Source: Callorhinchus milii (Eukaryota). Taken from it: a stretch of DNA of 64,000 nt. Both the position numbers and the translations under genes were made by a program. A model generated the notes under the pieces. That model was not told the origin of the DNA. It did no database searches and saw only the letters and a list, made by a program, of their open reading frames with translations. Below are positions 50,578 to 62,730 of the stretch, in pieces. The stretch spans positions 14,820,001 to 14,884,000 of the forward strand of contig NW_024704743.1 of assembly GCF_018977255.1 (NCBI RefSeq). Reading direction: 5' to 3'. How positions within the stretch are numbered: position 1 is the stretch's first letter; each line of letters starts with the position of its first letter.

Positions 50578-52419
50578 GATATACAGAGATTTCTGCTATG
50601 CCACCCACAAAGCTTTGCCTCTGATGGGAAATCTTTGCTGGAGTACTGTGTGCCACATAAAGATTATGGATGGACTGTGAAGGAACATGTCGACTAAGCA
50701 ATGTTTGTCCCTCAAAAGTCTCCTGGTGTTTTCTGTGAATTATTTAATGAGTAATAGAGGTTTGTGTAATAGTTGTGTAATCCGCACTGGTACTCTCATT
50801 TTCTAGTCTTGACATATAATTGATATTGTGTTGCAGTGTGCAGCCATACTACAATTGAAGTAATCTAGCCCTCAGAGGTTCTTCTGCAGAGTTTACAACC
50901 TAATCCAGACAATCGCTGGCCTCATGGGGATGTCTGTGAATGAAATCAGCTATTAAATATCCTCCGGTCCACATAAAGGCCAGAGGGAAATCGCAGCTTT
51001 TCAAAGCTGATCACTAAGCAAATTGAAGGCAACAGACCAACAATCTGACTGTATTAGTGCAGATAAATCCACTATTATGCCAGCTACATCCACAGACAGC
51101 TTTGCATAATTATTAGGTGAAACTGCAGGATACTCGCCTCACCAGACAAAGTAATAACAGTGAATGTCAGCAAATTGAGGCAGAGAATTCGAGTTATCTT
51201 CTACTTCCTGGTACAGGACAGGACATTCTGTTCAAATTCAGTTGTATTTCAGTCCCTATTTCAAACGTGACCTTGTTTCTTTTATCCAGTATTATCTGAA
51301 AACATTGGCTTACACAATACAGGAGAAATTCTCCATTATCACTGATAACAGGTTATATCTGCTATACAATAGTTCTGAACATATCCTTAGGTGTCTCCTT
51401 ACTCACTCGAGTTGAATTTCACAGAAACATTTTCTATGCAGAGAGACACCTTCAGCCCATTGTGTTTGTGATTTCATACCGCACTCCTCAGCCATTCTGC
51501 ATAATTTCAGGCACAGTGATATGAAAATGAAATTGAGAATAATTGATTTTTCATATTGAGAAATGGAGGCGATGGGCTCTTATAACTGTGCCCCATCTGG
51601 ATTACTGAGAGAAGAGAAAGAGGCAAAATCAATTAAACAATAACAAAGCAAGGGGTGAAATTTGCAAGATGCTATAATATCTTTGAGGTGATAACATGAT
51701 TATAGCTATAAGTAAATTAAGTCAGTATCCTGTTTTAGGTCTACTCAAATGCCAATCTCTGCATTGTTATAATATTCCTTACACTTGATATAACGTCTTT
51801 CACATCAAAATGTCTCAAAATGCTTCCCAGAGTACAAATTAAAGTATAGTGACTGTGTGTTTTATAGGCGAATGTGGCAGCCAATTGACACACAGCAAAT
51901 ATCCCACAAATAACAAGAAGTGAATGATTCCTTTTTATATATGGGAATTGTAGTAATGATAAATTGGTCACTTAATCCACAACTGTTTGTGGGACACTGC
52001 TGTGCACAATTGGCTGTCGTGTTTTGCCCACTTATTATATAATACATATATAATACAGTCAATTCACTTTACAGTTTATTCTGTGAAGCGCTTTGAGATG
52101 TTTCAAGGATAATTATTTTATTATTGTTGGCCAGTACATCAAGAGAAACTCCTTTCTCTTTTCAATAGTGCCAAGGAATATTAACATCCATCTGAACAGG
52201 CAGACATCTCATTGGAAGACCAACAGCTCTGACAAATCATTGAACCACTGCATTAATAATAACCACATTAATAATAATAATGTGTGCAATTGGCTGCTGT
52301 GTTTTACCCACAAAATATACAGGCCATTCACTTTACAGTATGTCTTGTGAAGCACTTTGACACATCTCAAAGACATAATAAGGCGCTATATCAAATGCAA
52401 GAATTATTATCAATATTAA

Positions 52420-52862
52420 TAATAATCCTTGCATTAGACATAGCACATTTCACAATGTCTCAAAGTACTTCACAGGATATACTGTAAAGACTGTGTATTT
52501 TGTGAGCAAATCACTGCAGCCAATTGCTCACAGCCAATTGCTCATAGCAATGTTCCACATAGAACCATGGAGTGAGTGACCAATTTTATTTGGGGGATTG
52601 TTGGCCAAGATGCAGGGAGAAACTCCTTTCTCTTTTCGAATAGTGCCATGGGATCTTTAACATCCACCTGAACAGACAGAAGGATGAAGGACAGCACCTT
52701 CGATAATACAATACACTCCCAGCACTGCATTAGAGTGTTAATGTGTTAACACTAACGCACTAAGTGTTAACACTGCTAAGTGTTAGCTTAGACTATGTGC
52801 TTCCAAGTCCCGACGTGGGGCTTGAACCCACAACCTCTGACTGAGAGGTGAGAGGCGAGGCT
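52420..52862 (-). mobile_element. Deu-domain SINE with a small palindromic insertion
   Basis: Tail, Deu core and head in reverse, with an extra segment at ~52740-52785. Confidence 0.8.
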
Positions 52863-53121
52863 GACACATGCGATTAAAGCTTCACCAGGCTTAGCAATTT
52901 TTCTATTTCAAATTAATGTGATACAGTGGATCACCAAGTTTTCTCCTCCCACATCTGGGTGAAACTTCCAGATCTTACACATTATTCACCAATTTACCCA
53001 GCAGAATCAAAGTTTCATTAATTTACTATACAAACAAGTGCATCACCTAAAAATCAATCGTTTTTTAGTACTTAAATACCATTTGTGAAAGATGTCTGGG
53101 TGTGTGCCAATATTATGATGC

Positions 53122-53441
53122 ATAATAATAATAATAATAATCCTTGCATTTGATATAGCGCTTTTCACGACGGGAGGACGTCCCAAAGCGCTTCACAGAA
53201 CACACTGTAAAGTGAATTGACTGTATATTTGTGGGCGAACGCGGCAGCCAATTGCGCACAGCAATGTCCCACAAACAGTCGTAGATTGAAAATGACCAAT
53301 TTATTATTGTTTTTTTTTGGAGGGATTATTAATAGGCATGTGGAGTAAGGAGCTTGCCCAAGGTTTCGCCCTGCCTGGAATTGAACCCGGGTCTCTCACT
53401 TGCAAAGCGAGTGCTCTAACCACTGAGCTACAGGACTCCAC
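53122..53441 (-). mobile_element. Young full-length tRNA-Ala(TGC)-derived SINE
   Basis: Near-identical reverse complement of 19717-20035, with an intact (tta)n tail. Confidence 0.93.
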
Positions 53442-53734
53442 AATGACAAGTACCCATGTGTATCTTTTGGTTATAATTTTACATCACTGTGAGATTACAG
53501 ACATTGGCAGCACATTATTCACTGATTCTGCGCTCCAAGACGCTACCCCAGGTGAAGGGTGCTATATAAATATAAGTTATTGTGGTTGTTGTTGATTCTG
53601 CAAAGCACAGCACAAATCTATTCCACATAACAAGAAACAGACATAGTGTGCTGTGCAGATGCATTGTTATAGAAAAACAATGCCATTTTTCCAATATGCC
53701 AAAGCAGCAGGACAGGAGGACAGAAGTTCAACAG

Positions 53735-54345
53735 CAATAACAACATCATCAACAACAAAATTACATTTGTATAGTGCCTTTCACGTCGGGAGGACGTCCC
53801 AAGGCGCTGGACAATCAGTGTTTCAAACCCAAGCTGGGGGACGGGATAGGGCAGGGTGGAAGGCAGAGAGGTAAGGAGGGTGATCAAAGGCACAATCGAA
53901 GAGGAGGGTCTTGAGATGGGTCTTGAAGGAGGCAAGAGAGGGGACGATGTGGAGGGACTGCGGGATGGAGTTCCAGATGGCAGGGACAGAGTGGCTAAAG
54001 GCAAGCCTGCCAATTGTGGGGAGGGTGAGGTAGGGGATGTGAAGCAGGCCGGAGCCCACTGAGCGGAGGGAGCGGACAGGTTGAAAGGGGTTTTTGAGGT
54101 CCCCAAGGTAGGGGGCAGCAAGGCCATGGAGGTGAGGATCAGGATCTTGAACTGTATCCTCTGTGTGATGGGAAGCCAGTGGAGTCGGGCGAGTATGTTG
54201 TTGATAGGTTCATGGAGCTTGGTGCGGGATAGGACAAAAGCTGCACAATTCTGGATGATCTGCAACCTATGAAGGGAGGAGTTGGGGAAGCTGACAAGCA
54301 GGGAATTTGCATAGTTGAGCCTGGATATTATGAATGCATGTATCA
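53735..54345 (-). mobile_element. L2 3' fragment (abutting a plus-strand CR1 remnant at 54345-54480)
   Basis: LIHAFIISRLNYANSLL..LQIIQNCAA..LHWLPITQRIQFKIL motifs and tail. Confidence 0.93.
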
Positions 54346-56288
54346 AGCTTGGGAAGGGTAATTTCAAGGTAGAAACCAGGAAGAATATCTTTACCCTGAT
54401 AATAATTAACAGTTGGAAAAAGTTAATCAAGAAGATGATAGAGGCAGGATGCTCAACCGATTTAAGAATCAGCTTGACATTTCATATACTCGTAGTTTAC
54501 ATGATTATTTTGTGTTAAAATATAAGATTCCAAAGAATCGTGGAAAATTCATACATTCAGTCTTAAACTGGAAGCTGGTTCTTTTTAAGGACTGTGAAGA
54601 ATAGGCTATGGTTAGGTGGAATTTCAACAATAACAACCAATTATATTTGTATGGTGCCTTTTATGTCGGGAGGACATCCCAAAGTGTTGAATAATAATCC
54701 TTGCATTTGATACAGTACCTTATCACATCGCTCAGACATCTCAAAGCACTTGACAGGATATACTGTAAGGTAAATTGACTCTATATTTTGTGGGCGAAAC
54801 GTGGCAGCCAATTGCGCCCAGCAGTGTCCCACAAACAGTCATGAATTGAGTGGCAAATTACTATTATTTATTTTTATTTTGAAGGGATTATTACCCTGGA
54901 AAAGCCATCCAGACAGTGGATAGTCATGGATGAGCACCCAAATCTTTGATGCTGTAAAGGGGAGACAGTAGGATGTTTTTTCTGGAAGAATAAGATCAAA
55001 CAGGTGAAGGATTTTCTTCATCTGAACTCTCGCTTGTGATTTTTTGATGTTTTCACCATCTTCATAAGTCATGGTGCAGGTCTTTACCAATCACAGCTGG
55101 AATCTTCCTGTGTAAAAATTGACTGCTGCATTTGTCTCTAAATATACAATCACTACATTTACAGAAATTCCCTTTGAAGCGCTTGGAGGTGGTTCAACGT
55201 CAATATTATTGTAAATAACCTACATAGGGAATTTAAACAGAGCAGCATATCTGCTTCCAACAATCTACCATTCTCAACCATTTGTGCGCATTCAGCATCT
55301 GAAATAGATAGAATAGTATAGGGGAAGCATGCAGTTCATCATAGAATGGGACTGTCCATGTGATATTCAACACACTAAGGAGTAGACATTCCACCTAGAT
55401 TTAGATTTATTCTATTTGGTTGGGGCCGAAGATTTCTGTGTTCCCATTGTTGCTGCATATTTTCCCATACTGTCCACATCCAAAACCCACATGCTGAACT
55501 GGGCAAACAATTAGACTGGTTGAGTAAGAATCCAAGATCACAGCACATTTTCAGACTGGGCTTTGGACTGAACAATTGCACTAAAGTCAATCATCCTTCC
55601 CTATCCTAACACCTCCATCTAAAAGGCCGACTTTTCAGATCTTATGCCCATAAAATACCTCCTTCCACTCCTTTATTTTGCTTTCTCTCCATCTGTCTTC
55701 AAGTCCCGCCTTCAAACCTAACTCTTCGACCGAACCTCTGTTAATCTCCCCTATCTCTCATGCATGGTGTCCGACCCTATCACTGTAAAGCACTCCAAGG
55801 TATTATCTTACATGATGTGCGCTATTTAGAAACAGGTTCTTGTTGTTGCTAATTGACATTTCAGTACCACTTCATGAAGGTTACCTCAATTAGTATTGTG
55901 TGAAGCAGTAGGCAAAACCCACATCCAGAGTTGGGCAAAGAATGAGACTGGTTCAATGAAAACTTAAGGTGGCAGCACACTTTCAAACTGGGCTTTAGAC
56001 TGAACAATTGCACTAAAGTTGATCATCCTCCTCTATCCTAACATCTCAGTCTAAAAGAACATGATGATTTTCTGATGGAGCTGAATTCATTGAGAATTAA
56101 ATCTAGTTTGGCATGATAACATTTCATTATATGAGGAACATGACTTTGCTAGGTTGGCTGAGTGAGCTTTGCTAACGAGCAGATTAATGAAATACAGAAA
56201 GCATTGGGTTCAGGTTCTGCTTTTAATAAACAACCCAACTTTCTCCCACACCTGCTCCGAGGAAAAATGTTCTCATTGTGAGACTTAC

Positions 56289-56439
56289 CCAGACCCAAAG
56301 TATACAGTCAGTTCTGGGTCAGAAAGAACTGAGCCTGTGTTAACTCCCATGTGTACAGTTATTTCAAAATCGCATTCTTGCTGTTGGTTTTCTGTCCGTG
56401 AAGATTCCCTCACCACCATGTGAGGAAAGTCCATGGAGG
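56289..56439 (-). CDS. Candidate exon (151 nt, phase 1 to 2): (A)SMDFPHMVVRESSRTENQQQECDFEITVHMGVNTGSVLSDPELTVYFGS(G)
   Basis: Acceptor tttgtacactactag|, donor TGG|gtaagt. Lies within ORF 56285..56470(-). Phases fit the flanking candidates. Confidence 0.6.
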
Positions 56440-58719
56440 CTAGTAGTGTACAAACTGCACTGGGCTGCATAGGCAGGCTGAGAGCTCAGCTTGGAAGACA
56501 GCATGTTTTATATTATGAAAATTATTGATGAAACTAAGCTATGTGAATAATTCAGGAACATCTGGACTAGAAGCAGATGTGGCAAAGATAGATTACATAA
56601 GGTGAATGCAAGACACTGCATTGTTGAAACAAGGAACAGTAAATGTGTAGAAATGTAGGGATTTTATTAGCAGAGGTGTGGATAGAACAGAATATAGCTG
56701 TAATTATTAATCCTGCCTGAAGGATCCAATCAATGTGAAGTAGCTTTTAGCAAGGCTAGTCAAATAGTTGACTATAATTTTAAATAATGTATCCTAACCT
56801 GTAGAAATGGTTTTAAAGCCATACGTGGAATGCAGTTGAATCATGCATACCCTCAAATGACATTGAAGCCTTGAAGACTGCTCCAACAGGAACAACAAGG
56901 GCAAGTCCAGTGCTTAAGGGAGAGAATCAGAAAACTGAACTTATCATTGGATATGACCCATGTCTGTTAAATGCTGAGAGGTTTAGATAATGTGGATGCA
57001 AGCAGGTAATTTGATCTAGCCAGCAACAACAATTTACACTTATATAACACCATAGGCATTGGAAGGATGTCACACAGCACTTTGCACAGCTGGTTGGGAG
57101 TCCAAACTGGAGGTGAAGGGAACTGAGGAGAGTGGGGAAGGGAAACAAAGATGACTGAAAGTTTAGTCAAAAGAAAGGTCTTAAGGCAGGATTTAAATGT
57201 GGGGAGGGCGGGGACGAGGTGGAGGGACTTTGTGTTGGAGTTCCAGAGCGCGGGGGCACAATGACTAAAGTTTCACTCATAAATGAGGTGATCACGAGAA
57301 CAGACTGTAGGGAATAAAGCAGAACAGGCCTACCCGGGTTACAAGAGAGGTTATAGTCATGGCAGAAGGAAAAATCCATTTAACTGAGCTGCTGCTCAGT
57401 GTGATCAAGAAGTCATCTCCTTTGCACTTGTTCTGACGTGACCTATAAACGACAGTTGTGGGGGTCAGTTCAGTGAATAAACCTGCAACATGCTTTACTT
57501 AGGCCAACCTACCACTAAGGTGATGAGCTGAAGTGGGGATTTGCTGACTGTTTCACAAACTCTTTCCAGTGGTTGAAATAGGCATCAGTTTCCAATGTCA
57601 GGCTAGGCAGCACCCTCAGGTCTATCATTCTACTGCTGCTAAAGTGTTCAATATCCAGAAACTAACCCCTTGTGGAGAGATCCCTTTAAGAGACAATGAC
57701 AATCAATAAATAACTAATATGGACTTGTTCAGGAGGTATAAAAGGACACTGGAAAAGGGGCACAATGTGTGGTTATTGGAGTCATTTTGGAGTATATTAG
57801 ATTGTGGATCAAAACTCAAATAACCTCAGTAACTCCAGTATTTTGTGAGTACCTATTACAAACCTATACACACCACTTTGTCCGGGAATATTATGTCAAA
57901 GGAAGAAACCTGTGCACTTTTTTAAAAGCATGCATTCATGAGTCAGTTTATTAAATTCAAGGTTACAACAATTCTGTTGTAGTATTAAGTCATCCAAAGC
58001 TTCCTCCATCAGCTGTGAACTTCCTGAAACATTTGGCACTAATGTCACACATAAAATGTGGAAGCCTCCGGTTAGCTATGTGAGGTGCACAAACAGGAAG
58101 TGCATTCTATGGCTAGGCTGGCAAGTATTATAGGATTGCTTCACACTCGGTCATGTCTGGAATTCTAGCTCGGGCTTCCTAAGGAAAAGTTACAGGAGCA
58201 GGTGGCGTACACATAGACACACGCACGCACACCAACCCAGACCACTTTATTATCCCCCAGGTCAAATTGTAATGACCCAGTCTGCTCTCTTAACAGTACA
58301 TCAAATCAATTGCTAAACTTTCAGTATCTCTCTAGTGAATGTTGTTAACCAATATGGCAAAAGAATTCACAGCTGTTCGAAGATCTTGACTGGGCTAAAT
58401 ATGTACAGAGTCTGAAATTGCTGGTTCAAATGAACTCTTGCATGGACTACAGCAAATCCTCACTCCATACTGAGAGGAAGGGACACAGTCACATTGAAAA
58501 TGCTTGCGTTGCTCTACATACATACAGTACTCTTGGCATGGGCTCAACAAAACACTCCACAGACTGAGTAATGTCTGGGATCTAAACTCGACTGGTTGGC
58601 AATATAGCCCAGTGTCCTGTCTGCCTCCTTTAATGCTGCCTCTCACAGATTTTCCATGGTAAACTAACACCCCTAGATATCTTTCAGTTTCTCCCTTTGC
58701 TAAGTTCTATCCAACATCC

Positions 58720-59080
58720 ATGGAATACATGCAACTTCTATTCTTACTTCTGTTATGTAATACCTTGCCATTATTTGTATTGCACTTCATTTGCCTGTCA
58801 TCAATCCCAATGATTATTTTATCAAACTGTCCTTGGGAGATCTTTACAGCTTCCTCTGATTCCACAGTTTCCCCAACTTAGTACCATCTGCAAATGTAAT
58901 TATCTTCCATGGGGTCTGTGAATCCAGGTCATTAATACATATAGGAGGATCGCTGGTTTTGACTCCATAGACAATATCTTCCCCCATTTTGACCAAATTT
59001 CGCTAACAACTGCCCTCTGCTTCCTTCCCTTAAGCCAATTGCTAATTATCTTCATTATAAATCCTATGATTTTCAATAAA
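58720..59080 (-). mobile_element. Decayed CR1 RT fragment
   Basis: Minus-strand NWLKGRKQRAVV..W and FADGTKLG remnants. Confidence 0.75.
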
Positions 59081-59084
59081 GCAA

Positions 59085-59533
59085 CTGTCTGTCACCACAG
59101 GCTGCCAAAACCCTCACGTTCATAACATCCAGGCTCAACTGTGCAAATTCCCTGCTTGTCGACCTCCCCAACTCCTCCCTGCACAGGCTGCAAATCAGCT
59201 AGACCTCTGCAGCCCATATCCTCTCCCTCACCAGGCTCTGTGACATTATCCTCGCCCGGCTCCACTGGCTCCCCAGACTCCAGCCTCTCTGCCCCCACCC
59301 TCTGGAACTCCATCCCACAGTCCCTCTGCCTCAGCCCCTCTCTTGCCTCCTTCAAGACCTGCCTCAAGACCCTCCTTTTTGGTTGTGCCTTCTGTCACCC
59401 TCCTACCCCTACCCTCCCCACTCTCCACCCCTCCTGATCCCAACCACTAGCTCAGATGTGGATCCCTGACTGTCGAGCACTTTCGGACATCCTCCTGACA
59501 TGAAAGGCGCTATACAAATGTAATTGGTTGTTG
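59085..59533 (+). mobile_element. Internally deleted L2 3' fragment
   Basis: SLSAPTLWNSIPQSL..FKTCLKTLLF motif and tail. Confidence 0.9.
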
Positions 59534-60021
59534 CACTTTGAGATACTATTATTAAGAATTATTATTTTAATATTATGTCCATATCTTTCTTTTGATATCA
59601 ATGACATGTGTTTCTAATATTTTGTCAATGTTATTTTGGAAGTCTATAGAAGGAAGGACAGTAAAATTTCTTTACAGGTTTCATTGGAATACAAAAATCA
59701 GACATAAAATTTGAATGATGTTTTCATCGGTAATATGAATCTGTACACCTGCAGGATTTAGTCTAGTGGTTTGGAAGAACATGTCTTGTTAAATATAGGA
59801 TGTATTATATTGACCTGAAAGCATTTATGGCATGTTTCAATGCAAAGGGTCATGGCACATTTTCTTGTCTCATCACATTTCAAAGTAAATAGAAATTCCT
59901 TTGGCATACCAAACATCTACAGTGTACAGTATGCATGATTTATAATAATCCCTGCTCCATCTCCTCTCAACACAATGTTTTGTAACTTGCAATAATCACA
60001 GACTGTCTCCTCTATATACAT

Positions 60022-60505
60022 TTTATTTGGTCAGCAGGATGCATGAAACATGCGGAAACCCATCACCATGCTTGACTTGCCAAAGCAGACTGAGAGTTCC
60101 ATATATGTATGCCACCTACATGTGGAAATGTATCTATGTCTGGAATGGAATGTATACTTTCTTCCTGAAGGGATGCATTCTGATTACCTAACTTCATATC
60201 CTATTAAGCACAGAGGATCAAGGCTTGTGAACCCCAGAGTGTGCACAGGGGTACTTCCGGAGTTTAATCAGCAAAAAATGCATAGTTTGCCATTGAGATC
60301 ACTGTCTGACAAGTTTTCCCACTGCTTGGTCAGCTGGAATCATGCTACCCGTCAGGTCTTTAGCTTGCAGATTAACAGGAGCTGAGCGGGAAGAATCCCT
60401 GCCAGTGTGTGAGTGGTCTGGTCCTGTAAATCCTGCTGTCAAGCCAGGATGGCTGGTCTGTTCACCAGTACTGCCTTGGAATACTGTGAACTCACCTGTC
60501 TCAGA
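60022..60505 (-). repeat. Unclassified repeat, copy 6 (diverged)
   Basis: catgcggaaacccatcacc and cttgcagattaacaggagctgagcggga are reverse complements of copy 2 segments. Confidence 0.8.
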
Positions 60506-60917
60506 AACCTCTATATATAGTGCTGTGATTTACAATAATTCCCAGATTGTCTGCTCTGTATGGTGATATGTTATTTAGAATACTCCTGTTTTGTCACCTT
60601 TAACATATATAGGTTCTTCATTTATGATATTCCCACATTGCTCGATGGTGTATGTTTCAATCATATCAGAATGTTTGTTTGGAACCACTCTCTCTCGGAA
60701 TTTTGTGAGCAGTAATTAGAGACAATCTGACAATTTCTTTGATGGCTTTGGGCTTTCATACCCATTACAAAGATTTACAAATAATGTACATTACTAGACA
60801 AAACTCAAATGTCCCAGGCATTGCCAATGAGCCCCTGTCCATTTCTGATTTCTTGGCCTGGCTACTCAATGGCAGAATCTTCCCATCAGATGCAAGAACC
60901 TAGATTGCCTTTCTCAC

Positions 60918-60958
60918 CCTTTAACAAGGAGCAACTGTGTTCAGAGGGGAACGACATC
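60918..60958 (-). CDS. Candidate start-codon exon (41 nt): MSFPSEHSCSLLK(A)
   Basis: Acceptor tattttgctaacag|, donor AGG|gtgaga. The only open frame begins G-ATG and exits in phase 1, matching 56439. Confidence 0.5.
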
Positions 60959-61868
60959 CTGTTAGCAAAATACCAATTGAAGGACAAAGTGTGCAGACAG
61001 TAGTCATGTAAGATGGATAAATATAGCATTTGTGAAAGAAATCTCAAATGAAGTGAGCGCAAAATGAAGGAAACTCAATCATACTAAATGTACTGCAGAT
61101 AAAATCTGAATTCTGTTATGCTTTTGTTTTCATTTACAGTTCAGAATTATTTTAAAACTGCTTTATTTATTTTGGCATTCTTGACCCTTTTCAACTTAGG
61201 CAATAAGATTTAACCTTTCCAAATTTTCACAAGCATCTAGCAGTTGCTAGCACTCAGTTGGCTTGAAGCCGCATTTTGCATTTCGTAACATCCTGTGCTG
61301 ATCATTTTGGTCTCATGTGGGCTTTGATATGAAGCCTGAGAAATTCAGTTAGTATTTGTCATGTGCCTGAGGTTGCGCAATGTCAGCGACCACAAACAGG
61401 TGCATCTTTAATTGACAGTCCGTGAACTCACGATGAACGCGTCACATCAGGGCACTTCCAGCTTCACTGTGCAAAAGCTGCTTGATTGTTTGTGGATCAC
61501 TGCTGTATGCAATTGGCTGCTGCATTTTTGCCCACAATGTATGCAGTCAATTCACTTTACGGTATATTCTGTGAAGCGCTTTGAGACGTCTGAACAACGT
61601 GATAAGGTGCTGTATCAAATGCAAGGATTGTTATTATGAATAATTTCATAATCAGGTTACCTATCCTACTATGTGTAATTGGAAGATACCAACCATTAGA
61701 GTTTTACATTTGGGGGAAATTTAGTTGAGTCACAAGAAAAACTAACTTGAAATATTCCTCATGGTAACCAGATTTTAATGCACAGTAACAACAATTCAGT
61801 GAACAGAGTGAAATGTGAAAAGCACGAGCAGATATGGTCGCAGATACCGGATTGCACCGATCACTTAC

Positions 61869-61974
61869 ACTTGATTAGGGAAGCATGAGATTAGTATGGA
61901 TTCTGCAAGTCAGTTCAATGACTGGACATAGCCAAGAGCAATCCTTTCTGAAACACATGCTTCAAGATCAAGCA
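61869..61974 (-). other. Possible 5' UTR (non-coding) exon
   Basis: Strong acceptor ttcttatctcatcctag| and donor AGT|gtaagt. All three frames are closed, and it lies just upstream of the candidate ATG exon. Confidence 0.3.
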
Positions 61975-62107
61975 CTAGGATGAGATAAGAAATAGAATTC
62001 TCTCCGATTATTAGGAAATATGACTCCCTGTTATGATGAAAACTTTCACAGTTAAACTTTTTTTCTTGATTATTAGTGCAGCTGTAGTTTGCCAGAGTAG
62101 GTATCAT

Positions 62108-62211
62108 CTGAAGAAAGGTCATCGACCTGAAACGTTAACTCATTGTCCTCTCTCCATAGATGCTGCCTGACCTGCTGAGTGTTCCCAGCGACTTCTGTTT
62201 TTATTTTATTT
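62108..62211 (+). mobile_element. Penelope-type short repeat carrying a minimal hammerhead ribozyme-like core, copy 1
   Basis: CTGAAGA-A-aggtc-atc-gacct-GAAAC-GTT, followed by ctctccatagatgctgcctgacctgctgag..tgtttttattt. Confidence 0.7.
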
Positions 62212-62334
62212 TAAGTATAATCTGTATTGTATTGATAACTTTATTGCCAAACAATGTGGTCATTTCACAGGACAGGCTATCAAAAGGAATATACAATGAA
62301 AATTACAAGGATTCAGGTTTATCAAATGATGAGA

Positions 62335-62672
62335 TTGAGCTCATAGTTTAGCTGACACTCTAGTTACAATGCTGGGAGCACTATATAGTTGGAGGAGACA
62401 TTAATCCAAGAACCTTTCTACCTGTTCAGGTGGATGTTAAAGATCCTATGTCACTATTCAAAAAGAGAAAGGAGTTTCTCCCACTATCTTCCTAACAATC
62501 CTCCGATAAAAAATTGTCACTAACCTTATGGGTGGGACATTCCTGTAAGCAAATTGGCTGTGGCGTTCACATGCAAATGCATAGCCACTACACTTTACAG
62601 TAGATCCGGCAAAGCACTTTGAGATGTCTTGACTACATGATAAAATGCATTGTCAAATGCAACAATTATTAT
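62335..62672 (+). mobile_element. Deu-domain SINE, decayed
   Basis: cctgttcaggtggatgttaaagatcctatgtcactattc core and tail. Confidence 0.75.
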
Positions 62673-62730
62673 TCATATTATTACTTCTTTTAGGAAGTTG
62701 GATAAAAAAGCTACATGAACGAATAGTCTG

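Noticed and set aside
57765..58200. Possible second solo LTR
   Set aside because: I could not identify matching TG..CA termini with a TSD.
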